Shown here: in pieces, positions 63,091-64,000 of the stretch | Numbering within the stretch: position 1 is the first letter of the stretch | Layout: every line of letters starts with the position of its first letter | IMG/VR virus record: IMGVR_UViG_3300036778_000062 | Location: 32,001-96,000 of that record | Strand: one strand, 5' to 3' | DNA length: 64,000 nucleotides | Source: a virus | Taxonomy: Duplodnaviria > Caudoviricetes | Program-made: the position numbers and the translations under genes | Notes under the pieces: model-generated | Database searches by the model: none | Seen by the model: only the letters and a program-made list of their open reading frames with translations | Told to the model about the DNA's origin: nothing

Positions 63091-63600
63091 TCAAGCGCCT
63101 TGCGTATCGAAGTCGGCATTGGCTCTTTCCATTGCCGCGCTGACTCCGTTGGTCACGAGCCGTTCGTCGGAAATGATCATGCGGCCTTCTTTCGACTTCA
63201 TAGTCACATCGAGTGGCTCGACACCAGTCTTCTGCCTTTCGTGCTCGCGCGCCCAGGAGATGACTCGGCCGCGTTGCTTGTGACCATAGATCATGTTGTT
63301 TTTGACAAACTCGGAGTCCTTATTGTGCTCCATGAAATGCTCAAAGACATCGGCCGGAACGTTCGACGTCAGCGCGTAGCCGCCGATGACTTCGACAAGT
63401 GCGCGGTATTGCGCCGGCACATTAGGTCCCTTGATGCGGATATACTTTCCTGTCGGGCGCCAAATCGTCACGTCACGAACACCGCCGCCCAAGACCTGTT
63501 CCCGCTCCTCCCGCTTGGCGTACATGCGGATCTTGATGCCGTGCGGCAGCTTGCAGGCAACGGTCACTACCTCTGGAACTAAGGGCTGGGCATCGGTCAT
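63091..63600 (-). CDS. Post-capsid virion protein
   Basis: VTVACKLPHG, GGYALT.NV, TGVEPLD. Confidence 0.78.
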   Translation of the reverse strand: MTDAQPLVPEVVTVACKLPHGIKIRMYAKREEREQVLGGGVRDVTIWRPTGKYIRIKGPNVPAQYRALVEVIGGYALTSNVPADVFEHFMEHNKDSEFVKNNMIYGHKQRGRVISWAREHERQKTGVEPLDVTMKSKEGRMIISDERLVTNGVSAAMERANADFDTQGA

Positions 63601-63633
63601 CGTCAGGAACTCCTGGTTAAAATGAGAGCTGTG

Positions 63634-63664
63634 TTCGGCCGCGGATTTGACCGCGGCCGAAAAA
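63634..63664. terminator. Stem-loop after capsid gene
   Basis: TTCGGCCGCGG-ATTTGA-CCGCGGCCGAA. Confidence 0.65.
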
Positions 63665-63666
63665 CG

Positions 63667-64000
63667 TCAGATGCCAACCATCGACGAAAAGCCGATTGGC
63701 ATCCGGATGATGGCGCCAAAGGTGCCAGCCATCTTCTTCTGCTTGTAGGACGAGGCCGCGCGGATAATCGGAAACGCCTTCAACTTCTCGGTGAAGGAGC
63801 AATAGGCTGTCTTCTGCCCTTGGATCTTCTCCGCAATCAGCTGCATGAAATTTCCTGCAGGGACGCCCTGCGGGTTGTCGGGTGTCAAAGCGCCGTATTG
63901 AACCGCGGTCTGAATGCGGAGATTTGGGAAATTCTTTTTGAGGAGATCTTCCACATTGACGTTGAAGGAGTTGGTGAACGTCAGCGCCACCTCCGAACCG
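63667..64000 (-). CDS. Major capsid protein, C-terminal part (DUF2184-like)
   Basis: LKKNFPNL, FTEKL.A.P, K..GTFGAII..P....MVGI. Confidence 0.85.
   Translation of the reverse strand, partial: GSEVALTFTNSFNVNVEDLLKKNFPNLRIQTAVQYGALTPDNPQGVPAGNFMQLIAEKIQGQKTAYCSFTEKLKAFPIIRAASSYKQKKMAGTFGAIIRMPIGFSSMVGI

Larger units (their letters stand above)
36259..64000 (-). mobile_element. Prophage 2, contractile-tailed myovirus-like, late region (extends beyond right edge)
   Basis: Capsid end, adaptor, neck, sheath, tube, chaperone, TMP, baseplate, fibres and lysin all on - strand; begins immediately after the tRNA fragment. Confidence 0.93.

Noticed and set aside
1-64000. CRISPR array, diversity-generating retroelement, retron or invertible fibre cassette
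   Set aside because: No regularly spaced repeats, no reverse transcriptase or recombinase motifs, and no template/variable repeat pair seen by eye.

Overview
The window is almost entirely phage DNA: the late (virion and lysis) halves of two different prophages arranged tail-to-tail. They meet at a 3' fragment of a tRNA-Asp(GTC) gene (36259-36309) that looks like a shared att junction. Prophage 1 (1-~36300, + strand) is an HK97-type cos siphovirus with HNH, terminase, portal, S49 protease, capsid, head-tail genes, tail with a -1 frameshifted chaperone, tail tip, fibre and esterase, a holin/lysozyme/spanin cassette and small accessory genes. Prophage 2 (~36300-64000, - strand) is a short-tailed myovirus with capsid end, neck, sheath, tube, baseplate, fibres, GH25 lysin and a lipase. 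The small genes at 36600-39100 look Bradyrhizobium-like, so the host is probably a Bradyrhizobiaceae alphaproteobacterium (inference). Most notable observations: (1) four virion-module proteins of prophage 2 carry Sec-type signal peptides and even numbers of cysteines, suggesting periplasmic folding of phage appendages; (2) prophage 1 has a glycosylation-like cassette inside its head-tail region, whose first enzyme has no start codon and is reachable by a -1 frameshift at C CCT TTC, and whose GT-B enzyme is split by a cupin gene; (3) many prophage 1 proteins carry tmRNA(ssrA)-tag-like motifs (ANDN...AA-stop); (4) prophage 2 has a lipase-containing lysis cassette with no recognisable spanins. 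All family assignments come from motif recognition and gene order, not from database searches.
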